This document shows positions 1 through 9,940 of a DNA stretch of 32,573 nt, piece by piece. Within the stretch, counting starts at the first letter, position 1, and every line of letters begins with the position of its first letter. The notes under the pieces were generated by a model that worked only from the letters and a program-made list of their open reading frames with translations, had not been told where the DNA came from and ran no database searches. Location of the stretch: contig NC_068997.1 in the NCBI RefSeq assembly GCF_001194135.2, positions 28,552,225 through 28,584,797 of the forward strand. The letters are read 5' to 3'. Origin of the DNA: Octopus bimaculoides (lineage: Eukaryota). A program made the position numbers and the translations under genes.

Positions 1-72
<72 letters not shown>
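1..72. repeat. (GA)n microsatellite
   Basis: Pure GA dinucleotide run from the window start. Confidence 0.98.
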
Positions 73-76
<4 letters not shown>

Positions 77-302
77 GTGTGTGCTGAAATGAAAACGATG
101 AAAGGCAACAGTGTTTTAACAATCGTCACAAAGTCATCCATGCAAACGTGCATACATATATTTGTATACAATCTGTACTTATGTCATTCATAACACGCAC
201 AGCTGGATACACACGCTATGACTTACACACACAGACACGTGCACTTATACACAAACGTAAATGTAAAAATATACATACATGCATACAAACATATATATAT
301 AT

Positions 303-840
303 NNNNNNNNNNNNNNNNNNNNNNNNNNNNNNNNNNNNNNNNNNNNNNNNNNNNNNNNNNNNNNNNNNNNNNNNNNNNNNNNNNNNNNNNNNNNNNNNNN
401 NNNNNNNNNNNNNNNNNNNNNNNNNNNNNNNNNNNNNNNNNNNNNNNNNNNNNNNNNNNNNNNNNNNNNNNNNNNNNNNNNNNNNNNNNNNNNNNNNNNN
501 NNNNNNNNNNNNNNNNNNNNNNNNNNNNNNNNNNNNNNNNNNNNNNNNNNNNNNNNNNNNNNNNNNNNNNNNNNNNNNNNNNNNNNNNNNNNNNNNNNNN
601 NNNNNNNNNNNNNNNNNNNNNNNNNNNNNNNNNNNNNNNNNNNNNNNNNNNNNNNNNNNNNNNNNNNNNNNNNNNNNNNNNNNNNNNNNNNNNNNNNNNN
701 NNNNNNNNNNNNNNNNNNNNNNNNNNNNNNNNNNNNNNNNNNNNNNNNNNNNNNNNNNNNNNNNNNNNNNNNNNNNNNNNNNNNNNNNNNNNNNNNNNNN
801 NNNNNNNNNNNNNNNNNNNNNNNNNNNNNNNNNNNNNNNN
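303..840. other. Assembly gap (other gaps: 2361-2852, 8723-9504, 10309-10415, 11300-11548, 15313-16296, 23470-23516, 24168-24724, 30578-31506)
   Basis: Runs of N. Several are bordered by microsatellites, typical of a short-read scaffold. Confidence 0.99.
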
Positions 841-995
841 AGCTGTTACTCAAAAGTTTGTGAAGACACTTTTGGTTTTAATAAAGAGCATATTACTCTA
901 CCTTTAGTAGTCGAGTACTATTTTTCCCACTTTGTTTGCATTTGTGAGCTTATAAGAAAAAGAGATGACAAAAGACTAAATGATTATCTTATGAA

Positions 996-1095
996 TTTCA
1001 TTAGCTTACAGCTGTTTCTGCTAAAAGATGCAGTGGACTCATAGTTGAGCACTTGTGTAACATCTCATAACAGAAACGGCTGTAAGTTAACGATA
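996..1095. repeat. Short fold-back element (MITE-like inverted repeat)
   Basis: The arm tttcattagcttacagctgtttctg (996-1020) is the reverse complement of cagaaacggctgtaagttaacgata (1071-1095) at 21/25 positions. 17 bp of the arm recur at 18793-18809. Confidence 0.6.
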
Positions 1096-1419
1096 TCTAT
1101 AAGATAATTGTTTATTCGTTTGTCATCGCTTTTTCTTATTACCGCTCCGTACTCGTCTAAAGCTTCGTTCTGAAGCATATGTATATTGAGCTCTATACCA
1201 GGTTGTTAGTCTCGGTGGTTAGTAAATGTAACCTTAAAGGGTCGCTTGAGCACCTTTGAGGACAGTCTTCTAATGGAGAGATTCAAAGGAATTATCCAAC
1301 AGAGTGTTCCCACCTCCCATTGCATTCTTCTAGCTGACGGAATGACTTGAACCCAACACCCAAAACAATCCCATGTTGAATGTATTCGTTAGATTTGCGC
1401 CAGAAACTACCCAGAAGAG

Positions 1420-1480
1420 TAGGTGTAGGCAACCTGAAACTTTAGGGTCGCATGCAGCCGTTTGTGATTTCGTTCTAAGG
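1420..1480 (+). mobile_element. Possible hAT/Charlie-type MITE left end, truncated
   Basis: taggtgtaggcaacctg...gggtcgcatgcagcc resembles CAGGGGTAGGCAACCTG...GGCCGCATGCGGCC hAT MITE ends. No partner TIR found. Confidence 0.3.
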
Positions 1481-1619
1481 CCGTTCAATGAGTCTAGAAG
1501 TTCATTTGATCAAACAACTCAAATCCATCATCGGAAATCGTGAGCGAGATCGATCGATCAAATCATCCATCTGGACGCACGTGCATAGACACATGCATTC
1601 TTTTATCTTTTTAATTGTT

Positions 1620-1790
1620 TCTGTTATTGGAGTGAAGCCAAGCTGGAGCAATTTCTTGAAGGGTTTTTAGTCAACTAAATTGACCTCAGAATTTGATGTT
1701 CAAGTGTGGTTCTTTTTTTTATCCTATCTTTTTTTACCGGACCGTTTATGTCACAGGAACGTAAACAAACCAACAATGGATTCATGCAGT
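1620..1790 (-). mobile_element. SINE family B, degenerate 3' part
   Basis: gctggagcaatttcttgaagggtttttagtcaactaaattgacctcag aligns to the B copies at 6655-6700 and 30315-30365. Confidence 0.65.
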
Positions 1791-1974
1791 GGGAGATAAA
1801 CGCCCAAGATGCACGTATACACGCACCCCCCCACACACGCACACACACGCACACACACACACTCACACACATGATTGTTTCTTCTATAGTTTGTATACCC
1901 AGACACACAAACACACTGATTGAAGAAATCAGTATTGATTACAAAGCCAAAAGTAATATTTATTATGCATTAAT

Positions 1975-2040
1975 ATTTTATTATCATTATTATCATCATT
2001 GTTATCATTACCATTATTATTATTATTATTGTTATTATTA
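1975..2040. repeat. (TTA/TCA)n microsatellite
   Basis: Imperfect trinucleotide run immediately 5' of a SINE A copy. Confidence 0.9.
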
Positions 2041-2222
2041 GGCGACGGACTAGGAGAATTGTTAGAACACCGGGCAAAATGCTTAGCGGTATTTCGTCCG
2101 TCTTTATGTTCTGAGTTCAAATTCCACCCAGGTCGACTTTGCCTTTCATCATTTCGGTATCGCTAAAATAAGTACCTACAGTCTTTTCCGAAATTTCTGG
2201 CCTTGTGCCAAAATTTGAAATC
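2040..2222 (+). mobile_element. SINE family A (tRNA-derived, CORE-like), internally deleted
   Basis: B box gagttcaaattcc, core ggtcgactttgcctttcatc, tail ggccttgtgccaaaatttgaaa. Homologous to many copies in the window. Confidence 0.9.
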
Positions 2223-3089
2223 GCTATCTATTATTGATAATTTTAATTATTAAAAGTAAGTGTTTGGTCCGAAGTCCCGTCAATGCTGGTTGCCTCAAAC
2301 CGCCTGTTTTGAAAAGCCTGCATTGGCAAAACTTCATGGTAAAATATCGTATATAAGATTNNNNNNNNNNNNNNNNNNNNNNNNNNNNNNNNNNNNNNNN
2401 NNNNNNNNNNNNNNNNNNNNNNNNNNNNNNNNNNNNNNNNNNNNNNNNNNNNNNNNNNNNNNNNNNNNNNNNNNNNNNNNNNNNNNNNNNNNNNNNNNNN
2501 NNNNNNNNNNNNNNNNNNNNNNNNNNNNNNNNNNNNNNNNNNNNNNNNNNNNNNNNNNNNNNNNNNNNNNNNNNNNNNNNNNNNNNNNNNNNNNNNNNNN
2601 NNNNNNNNNNNNNNNNNNNNNNNNNNNNNNNNNNNNNNNNNNNNNNNNNNNNNNNNNNNNNNNNNNNNNNNNNNNNNNNNNNNNNNNNNNNNNNNNNNNN
2701 NNNNNNNNNNNNNNNNNNNNNNNNNNNNNNNNNNNNNNNNNNNNNNNNNNNNNNNNNNNNNNNNNNNNNNNNNNNNNNNNNNNNNNNNNNNNNNNNNNNN
2801 NNNNNNNNNNNNNNNNNNNNNNNNNNNNNNNNNNNNNNNNNNNNNNNNNNNNTACCAGGATAAGAGAAATCGTACCTGCCAGGCTTCTCCACGGCTACAA
2901 ATACAACTGTGTATCTGTGTATGGGTGATCAGATGCATCTGGTACATTAGTACTTACCACTAACTTGCTTATCATTCGTTGTCTCTCTCTTGTCCTTTTG
3001 GTGAAACAGAAAACGGCCTAGTGTTTTGTGTGTGTGTGTGTAAGTGCGAGTAAGTTTCCTCCTCTGTCAACACTCAGTTGCTTCCTTAC

Positions 3090-3273
3090 CAGGATAAGAG
3101 AAATCGTACCTGCCAGGCTTCTCCACGGCTACAAATACAACTGGGGAAGTTTTCAGGGCTTTTGAAGCAACAATGGCTCCTAGCCAAAATAGCGTGCATG
3201 TCCAGCTTAATAGATGTGCTGTGACATCGGTCTTTGTCAGTCTTTGTGGGTGAGTCCAATAGAATAAAGGCAT
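3090..3273 (-). CDS. Candidate coding exon of an unidentified, possibly signal-peptide-bearing protein (MPLFYWTHPQRLTKTDVTAHLLSWTCTLFWLGAIVASKALKTSPVVFVAVEKPGRYDFSYP)
   Basis: Non-repetitive sequence, 61 open codons from an ATG at 3273, a hydrophobic stretch, ending at a consensus donor CTG|GTAAGG (phase 1). I recognise no homolog. Confidence 0.3.
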
Positions 3274-3620
3274 CGGATGTACATTGTGAGAGGGAAAGAA
3301 GCTGTAGTGGGCAGTCTTCAATCAGTTTCTGCAACTGGGAAAAGTTAACAGCGAAGATTATGGTGCTAGGAGATGCTCGCTCCCAATGCTTCATTGTGTA
3401 AGTATCTTCTCCACCAACTTAGATTATGATCTTTACAAAGATTCTGGTAGTGAGGGCAACGAAAGCAGATATGAAATTGCTGGAGGCTTCCTGTAAGATA
3501 TCTACAAATCAAAGGTACAAGGCAATAGTGGAAAACAACAGAAACTGAGTCGAGTGACCCTTAAGATTCAAAATGGGAAAGAGAAGATCCTTATGACAAA
3601 CTGATTAACATTCTCTCGCT

Positions 3621-3828
3621 CAAGCAAGCTGGCAGAATCGTTAGCACGCCGCACAAGATGCTAGCGATATTTCGTCTGTCTTTATGTTCCAAGTTCAAAC
3701 GCGGCTGAGGTCGACTTTACTGTTCATCCTTTCGGGGACGATAAAATAAATATCAGTCAAGCAATGGAGTTGATGTAATCAACTTATCTCATCTTTCGAA
3801 ATTGCTGGCCTTGTGCCAAAATTCGATG
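3621..3828 (+). mobile_element. SINE family A
   Basis: Head gctggcagaatcgttagcac, core gaggtcgacttt...catcctttcgggg, tail ggccttgtgccaaaatt. Confidence 0.9.
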
Positions 3829-4269
3829 CCAATGTTTAGCCGTAAAATTTCTGAAGGTAAAATTTGAAAATGAAAGAAAATTATCCAAACACTCAATAAA
3901 TCCAATTATATTTTTATTGATTTCCTGTTCGATTCTTTTCTTGACATATTCTCTTAAGATAAACATTGGTTATATCTCGTGGAATCAATTGTAGAGTAAA
4001 AAACAAACATATTTTCTACAGAGATTAAGGTTGCATCACTTCAGCCTAATTTTTCAACTCCATCTTTAATTAGCTTCAATGCTGATTGTAACAACATTAA
4101 CAGCATTAAATTCATTGTCTTAAAACCAAATGGTTACCTCATAAATCTTGAAATACAGCTGTTCAGCAACAAGAATCGCTCTAACGTTGCAAATAAGACA
4201 TTCCATCATGTTTTAGTAGCATTAAATGCGATTCATGACCACACTTGCCTTTAAATTATTCCCGAAGTA

Positions 4270-4755
4270 TTTCATTTTTTTTTTTTTTTTTTTGAGATTT
4301 GCGAAATAAACTGATAATTGCTCTCATCTTTTTAAAATAACATTGCCAATACTTTAATTTTCTTCGGTGGAAATGTCTTCTGCAACCAGAGCCTTTTCAC
4401 TAAGTTTAATTTACTGCCTATCTACATAGTTATTAACAACATCATGACTGCAGAATTGACATTTTGATCTTCGTCATCAACGTTTAATATAACTTCCAAC
4501 AAGTCGGCATCGTTACAAGAGTTATTGATAAAATTAACTATATTACAATTCAATTGTTATTTGATAAAGAATATCTCAAATATTTCTCTCTGCCCATACT
4601 CCAAGAGTCTCACATTTAACAAACCGCATGCATAGATCTACGCATTGCAAATTATTCTAGATATCTCTTCATTTACCGTCTTCAGATCAGCCAGAAGCAA
4701 ATCAATTCTATAAATATTTTCCCAGCGCAACATAGCAACTGAACTTGCAACTATT
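4270..4755 (-). pseudogene. Decayed reading frame of unknown identity
   Basis: About 160 codons in one frame with 4 stops in very AT-rich DNA: VASSVAMLRWENIYRIDLLLADLKTVNEEISRIIC...LVKRLWLQKTFPPKKIKVLAMLF. Family not recognised. Confidence 0.3.
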
Positions 4756-5358
4756 TATTCTATTGTAATTCAATTCTAATGTTCGTCTCATCATGTTCGT
4801 GTAGTGTTTTTACTAACTGTGAATAACACTAAATGCCGTTCCACATTTTTGATGTTTTCAATTGCGGTGTTTCATGTTTCTTTTGTCGGGGCTATAAAAA
4901 AAAATTCTGTATAAGCTTACATTTAATCCTATCAAAAATCTCACAGACAATACGAGCTGTTTCTCCATCTATTTGTATGTACAGAGACACTTGGTCAACA
5001 ACCTTTCTGGATATTTCATACTGTTAATTGCTGGTAGGGACACCGTATTTCATTATGCAATCATAAAAGACTTCCAAGTATATTAAAGGCTTATAAGTTA
5101 ATACTGTGTCCACCTCGTGTTAGCAGTGCGATTCAATCACTTTTTAAAGCTGTCTCTATAGATTTTCTATAGATATTAGTCAGCACTGAAAGCCACGTTG
5201 ATGGAATGACATCATTAGTTTTCAATTTTCAAGTTTACAACTGGCAAGAAGAAAAAAAGAAAGAAAGAGAAAAAAAAACGAGAAGAAAAGAAAAGAAGGA
5301 TATTTAATCACACAGTTCTGTGTAAATATGATGAAATTCTGTCATTTTATTCATCCCT

Positions 5359-5401
5359 CCGCTAAGCATTTCGCCCGGCGTGCTAACGATTCTGCCAGCT
5401 C
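5359..5401 (-). mobile_element. SINE A head-only fragment
   Basis: ccgctaagcatttcgcccggcgtgctaacgattctgccagctc is the reverse complement of the A-family 5' end. Confidence 0.85.
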
Positions 5402-5455
5402 CACTGTTTATCTAATACCTGCAGAGGTAAGAGAATGTGAAACAAATCTCTAATT

Positions 5456-5624
5456 GGTTTCAGATTTTGGCACAAGGCCGGCCATTTTTGGGGCAAGGTT
5501 AAGTCGGTTACATCGATACCAATGCTCGACTGCTACATATTTTATCGACCCCGAAAGGATGAAGGGCAAAATCAATCTCGGCGGAATTTGAACTCAGAAC
5601 ATAAAGACTGACGAAATAAGCATT
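5456..5624 (-). mobile_element. SINE family A, 5'-truncated
   Basis: ttttggcacaaggcc...atcgaccccgaaaggatgaa...gaatttgaactcagaac. Confidence 0.9.
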
Positions 5625-5760
5625 CCCGTAACTTAGCGAGCCTATAGAAATATGTAGGAGATTTATAAATACGCTCAAGAGTCCATTTATTCGACTAAAC
5701 CCTTCAAGGCAGTGCTCCAGCGAGGCCGCAGTCTAATATATTGAGATAAGTAAAAAGTGC
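5625..5760 (+). mobile_element. SINE family B 3' part
   Basis: cccgtaacttagcg...cgactaaacccttcaaggcagtgctccagc...ggccgcagtc matches the B tail at 9830-9940. Confidence 0.75.
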
Positions 5761-6289
5761 ATAAGAATGAAAAACGTTCATGGCATATTTTTGAATTCAT
5801 TGTATGAAATAAGCGAAATCCGACTGTAACGTCTGTTCGAAAAATAATCGTGTATCTTTCCATCATTTGAAAGACATTTATTATAGAAACAGCAACTGAA
5901 TGGGGGAAAAATACAGGAATGTGTCTTTCTATTGAAACGAAACGATCACCATGGTGCTTTTAACATCTTGAATCTGGTTTTCAAAAAATTTCCATCGAAT
6001 CAGTTGAAAAGTTACAGAATAACGTATAAAAATAGAACACCGTTCATACGCTGTCATTTCTTCTGTATAAGCTTCATATTTAAACTCTTCTCTCTTTATC
6101 ATGTCTTTATTCTTTCTTTTTTTGTTTTTGTTCATTCTCATACTTTTTTCTTTTGTTACTTTTCTTTCTTTCTTATACTTTTACCTGCGGTAGATTCTCT
6201 TCTCTTCGTAATATTATACATCTTACTGTTTGTTTCTACTTTATATATTTTTTAATACTAAAGTACAAACGTACGTTTGTTTGTTTGCT

Positions 6290-6569
6290 TGCTTGTATGT
6301 ATGTCTATGTATGTATGTATGTATGTATGTATGTCCATGTATGTATGTATGCATGTCAACGCATGCATGTATGTACGTATGTATGTATGTATGTCCATGT
6401 ATGTAGGTATGTATGCATGCATGTATGTATGTATGCATGTCTATGTATGCATGTATGTTTTTGTGTATGTATGTATGTCCATGTATGTATGTATGTATGT
6501 ATGCATGTCTGTATGCACGTATGTTTTTGTGTATGTACGTATGTATGTATGTGCATGTATGTACGTATA

Positions 6570-6600
<31 letters not shown>

Positions 6601-6615
6601 ACGTATATATATATA
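6290..6615. repeat. Compound (TATG)n/(TG)n/(TA)n microsatellite
   Basis: Long imperfect tetranucleotide array. It produces spurious MYVC/HTYI ORFs. Confidence 0.97.
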
Positions 6616-6994
6616 TTACTCTTTACTTGTTTCAGTCATTTGACTGCGGCCATGCTGGAGCACCACCTTTAGTCGAGCAAATTGACCTCAGGACTTATTC
6701 TTTGGAAGCCTAGTACTTATTCTATCGGTCTCTTTGGCCGAACCGCTAAGTTTCGGGGACGTAAACACACCAGCATCGGTTGTCAAGCGATGTTGGGGGG
6801 ACAAACACACAAACATACATATATATATATATATATATACATATATACGACGGGCTTCTTTCAGTTTCCGTCTACCAAATCCACTCACGAGGCTACAGTA
6901 GAAGACACTTGCCCAAGGTGCCACGCAGTGGGACTGAACCCAGAACCATGTGGTTGGTAAGCAAGCTACTTACCATACAGCCACTCCCACGCCT
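6616..6994 (-). mobile_element. SINE family B, near full length (tRNA head, internal TA/GT tract, ...ggtgctccagcatggccgcagtcaaatgactgaaacaagtaaa tail)
   Basis: The minus strand begins aggcgtgggagtggctgtatggtaag (A box), has B box gggttcagtcccac and an internal microsatellite, and ends in the conserved tail. It sits in a TA run. Confidence 0.92.
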
Positions 6995-7088
6995 ATATAT
7001 ATATAAATGTGTGTGTATATATATATATGTATATGTGTGTGTGTGCGTGTACATATGTACGCATACGCGTATGATTGTGTATGTATGA

Positions 7089-7123
<35 letters not shown>

Positions 7124-7365
7124 TATATACATGTATAAGTGTATATATCGATCTAGTTATCACTCAATCTACTTATCTTCCAACGAAAAAAAAAAGAAAA
7201 AGAACCCGACAAAAAGAAAACACAAAACAAATCCCAAACGAGCTTAAAAGATAATACAGCGTTCTACAGCAAAATTACCAAACGAGTCCGATATGGCAAA
7301 ATAGATTTGATGTTTATTGCATATTTCAACGCTTAGAATATGTTTAGTCTCGGTAAAATAATTCT

Positions 7366-7584
7366 TTCTAATTTCTGGCACAGACCCAGCAAATTTTTGT
7401 GTGGGAGGCGAGGGGAGCTGATTGCATCGACTCTAGTGCAAGACTGGCACTTGTTTTATAGACCCCGGGAGATAAAAAGGTAAGGTCGACCTGGACAGAA
7501 TTTGAGATCAGAACATAAAGACGGACAAAAAATACCGTTAAGCATTTTGTCCGGCATGTTGACGATTCTGCCATCTCACCGTCT
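7366..7584 (-). mobile_element. SINE family A, diverged
   Basis: aaggtcgacc...gaatttgagatcagaac...aagcattttgtccggcatgttgacgattctgcc. Confidence 0.85.
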
Positions 7585-7599
7585 GTCTTGGTAAAATAA

Positions 7600-7688
7600 T
7601 CCTTTCTACTAATAGGCACAAGGCCTGAAATTTGAGGGGAGGGGGTCTAGTCGATCACAACGATCTCAGTTCTTAATTGGTGCTTATT
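7600..7688 (-). mobile_element. SINE A 3' fragment
   Basis: cctttctactaataggcacaaggcctgaaattt is the tagtagaaagg-type tail. Confidence 0.8.
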
Positions 7689-7811
7689 GAAAAGATTGCA
7701 AAAAGCAACGAAAATTTTAGAAAAATTAAGAAGGAAATAAATGGAAATTTTACCGGTGAGTGTGTCAAATTATGAACCACCAAAAGAGAATGACCCTCCC
7801 CAGACGCAACG

Positions 7812-7815
7812 GTAT

Positions 7816-7852
<37 letters not shown>

Positions 7853-8010
7853 CTTAACGGGCTTCTTTCAGTTTCCGTCCCCCAGATCATCCACTCACAA
7901 AGCTTTGGTCAGTCTAAGACTATAGTAGAAGATACTTGCCCAAGGTGCCATGCAGTGAGATTGAACTCAGAAGCTAACTTCTTACCACCACACGGTCACC
8001 CCTGTGCCTC
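7812..8010 (-). mobile_element. SINE family B 5' half
   Basis: cgggcttctttcagtttccgtc...tagtagaagatacttgcccaaggtgcca matches 6850-6925. Confidence 0.88.
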
Positions 8011-8073
8011 TGCTAAAATTCTTCATTAACTTTTATTTATTTATTCTTTATATAAATATTCATTCGTAGTGAA

Positions 8074-8673
8074 AGGTGCCTGGCTCAGTGGTTAAGGATA
8101 TTCGGTCTCGATAATAAGGGTGTCAGTTCGATTCCCGGCCTCGCATTGTGACCCTGAGCAAGACACTTTATCTCACGTTGCTCCAATCCACTCAGCAAAT
8201 ATGAGTGACACCTGTAGTTGAAAAGGCCAGCTTTGTTGCATTCTGTGTCACATTGAATCTCACCTGAGAACTACGTTACGGGTACGCATGTCTGTGGAAT
8301 ACTCAGTCACTTGCATGTAATTATGTTAAGGGTACGCATCATCTGTGGAGTGAGTGCTCAGCCACTTGCATGTAATTCCTTTTCTACTCTAGGCACAAGG
8401 CCTGGAATTTTGGGGGAGGGGGCCAGTCGATTAGATTGACCCCATTACGCAACTGGTACTTAATTTATCGACCCCGAAAGCATGAAAGGTAACGTAGATC
8501 TCGGCGGAATGTGAACTCAGAACGTAAAGACAGACGAAATACCGCTAAGCATTTCGCCCGGTGTGCTAACGTTTCTGCCAGCTCGCCGCCTTCACCTGCA
8601 TGTAATTTCACGAAGTAAGCTGTTCCGTTGCTGGGAACAACTGGACCGTTCCTCGTCGTAACCGACGAAGTAC
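8074..8673 (+). mobile_element. SINE family C (tRNA head plus CORE/Meta-like central domain), interrupted by a SINE A copy
   Basis: A box tggctcagtggtt, B box agttcgattccc, ctgagcaagacacttt...gttgctccaatccactcagc, 3' end cgtcgtaaccgacgaagtac. A second fragment lies at 23180-23290. Confidence 0.8.
8378..8592 (-). mobile_element. SINE family A, full length, nested in SINE C with a 15-bp TSD
   Basis: Flanked by cacttgcatgtaatt (8363-8377) and cacctgcatgtaatt (8593-8607). Confidence 0.95.
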
Positions 8674-9684
8674 AAGCTATATTTATTTATTTACATATTT
8701 AATGTTCTTGAGAAAGAGGAGANNNNNNNNNNNNNNNNNNNNNNNNNNNNNNNNNNNNNNNNNNNNNNNNNNNNNNNNNNNNNNNNNNNNNNNNNNNNNN
8801 NNNNNNNNNNNNNNNNNNNNNNNNNNNNNNNNNNNNNNNNNNNNNNNNNNNNNNNNNNNNNNNNNNNNNNNNNNNNNNNNNNNNNNNNNNNNNNNNNNNN
8901 NNNNNNNNNNNNNNNNNNNNNNNNNNNNNNNNNNNNNNNNNNNNNNNNNNNNNNNNNNNNNNNNNNNNNNNNNNNNNNNNNNNNNNNNNNNNNNNNNNNN
9001 NNNNNNNNNNNNNNNNNNNNNNNNNNNNNNNNNNNNNNNNNNNNNNNNNNNNNNNNNNNNNNNNNNNNNNNNNNNNNNNNNNNNNNNNNNNNNNNNNNNN
9101 NNNNNNNNNNNNNNNNNNNNNNNNNNNNNNNNNNNNNNNNNNNNNNNNNNNNNNNNNNNNNNNNNNNNNNNNNNNNNNNNNNNNNNNNNNNNNNNNNNNN
9201 NNNNNNNNNNNNNNNNNNNNNNNNNNNNNNNNNNNNNNNNNNNNNNNNNNNNNNNNNNNNNNNNNNNNNNNNNNNNNNNNNNNNNNNNNNNNNNNNNNNN
9301 NNNNNNNNNNNNNNNNNNNNNNNNNNNNNNNNNNNNNNNNNNNNNNNNNNNNNNNNNNNNNNNNNNNNNNNNNNNNNNNNNNNNNNNNNNNNNNNNNNNN
9401 NNNNNNNNNNNNNNNNNNNNNNNNNNNNNNNNNNNNNNNNNNNNNNNNNNNNNNNNNNNNNNNNNNNNNNNNNNNNNNNNNNNNNNNNNNNNNNNNNNNN
9501 NNNNTACACTTCATGATGACTTTGACAATAATGGCAATAATGATGCATCACAACCACAAGTTTCAGCATCCGTGAGCCGAAGGCCCTGACCACTTGGTCA
9601 CTGAAGAGCTGCCTTGGGTGGAACATATACAAGCGATGGCACCGAATCTTCCTCATTAAATAAAATCAATAATCAACGAGGTGC

Positions 9685-9733
9685 AAAGCCTTGTGAGTGG
9701 ATTTGGTAGAAGGAAACTGAGAGAAGCCCGTCG

Positions 9734-9772
<39 letters not shown>

Positions 9773-9940
9773 TGTGTGTCTGTGTTTGTTCGCCAACGTC
9801 GCTTGACAACCGATGCTGGTGTGTTTACGTCTCCGTAATCAGGGATTCGGCAAAAGAGACAGATAGAATAAGATTTGCTCGACTAAAGGTGGTGCTCCAG
9901 CATGGCTGCAGTCAAATGACTGAAATAAAAGAATAAAAGA
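9685..9940 (+). mobile_element. SINE family B, 5'-truncated
   Basis: gtgagtggatttggtag...gaagcccgtcg(TA)n(TG)n...ggtgctccagcatggctgcagtcaaatgactgaaa. Confidence 0.92.

Noticed and set aside
148-1044. Long ORFs spanning N-runs (also 2224-2947, 8691-9656, 11141-11712, 15275-16336, 23819-24957, 30283-31631)
   Set aside because: Their length comes from N codons that cannot be stops. They are not coding evidence.
2243-2360. Minus-strand peptide ILYTIFYHEVLPMQAFQNRRFEATSIDG as the next exon of the 3.1-kb candidate
   Set aside because: The available AG acceptors give phase 0 or 2 in that frame, not the phase 1 required.
5929-6141. Weak resemblance to a mariner C-terminus
   Set aside because: No diagnostic motif (YSPDL, DY.LF) is retained.
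6153-6713. MYVC/HTHT/ERER-rich ORFs here and elsewhere
   Set aside because: They are translations of microsatellites.
8074-8145. SINE heads as tRNA genes
   Set aside because: They have A/B boxes but no complete cloverleaf, and they continue into SINE bodies.
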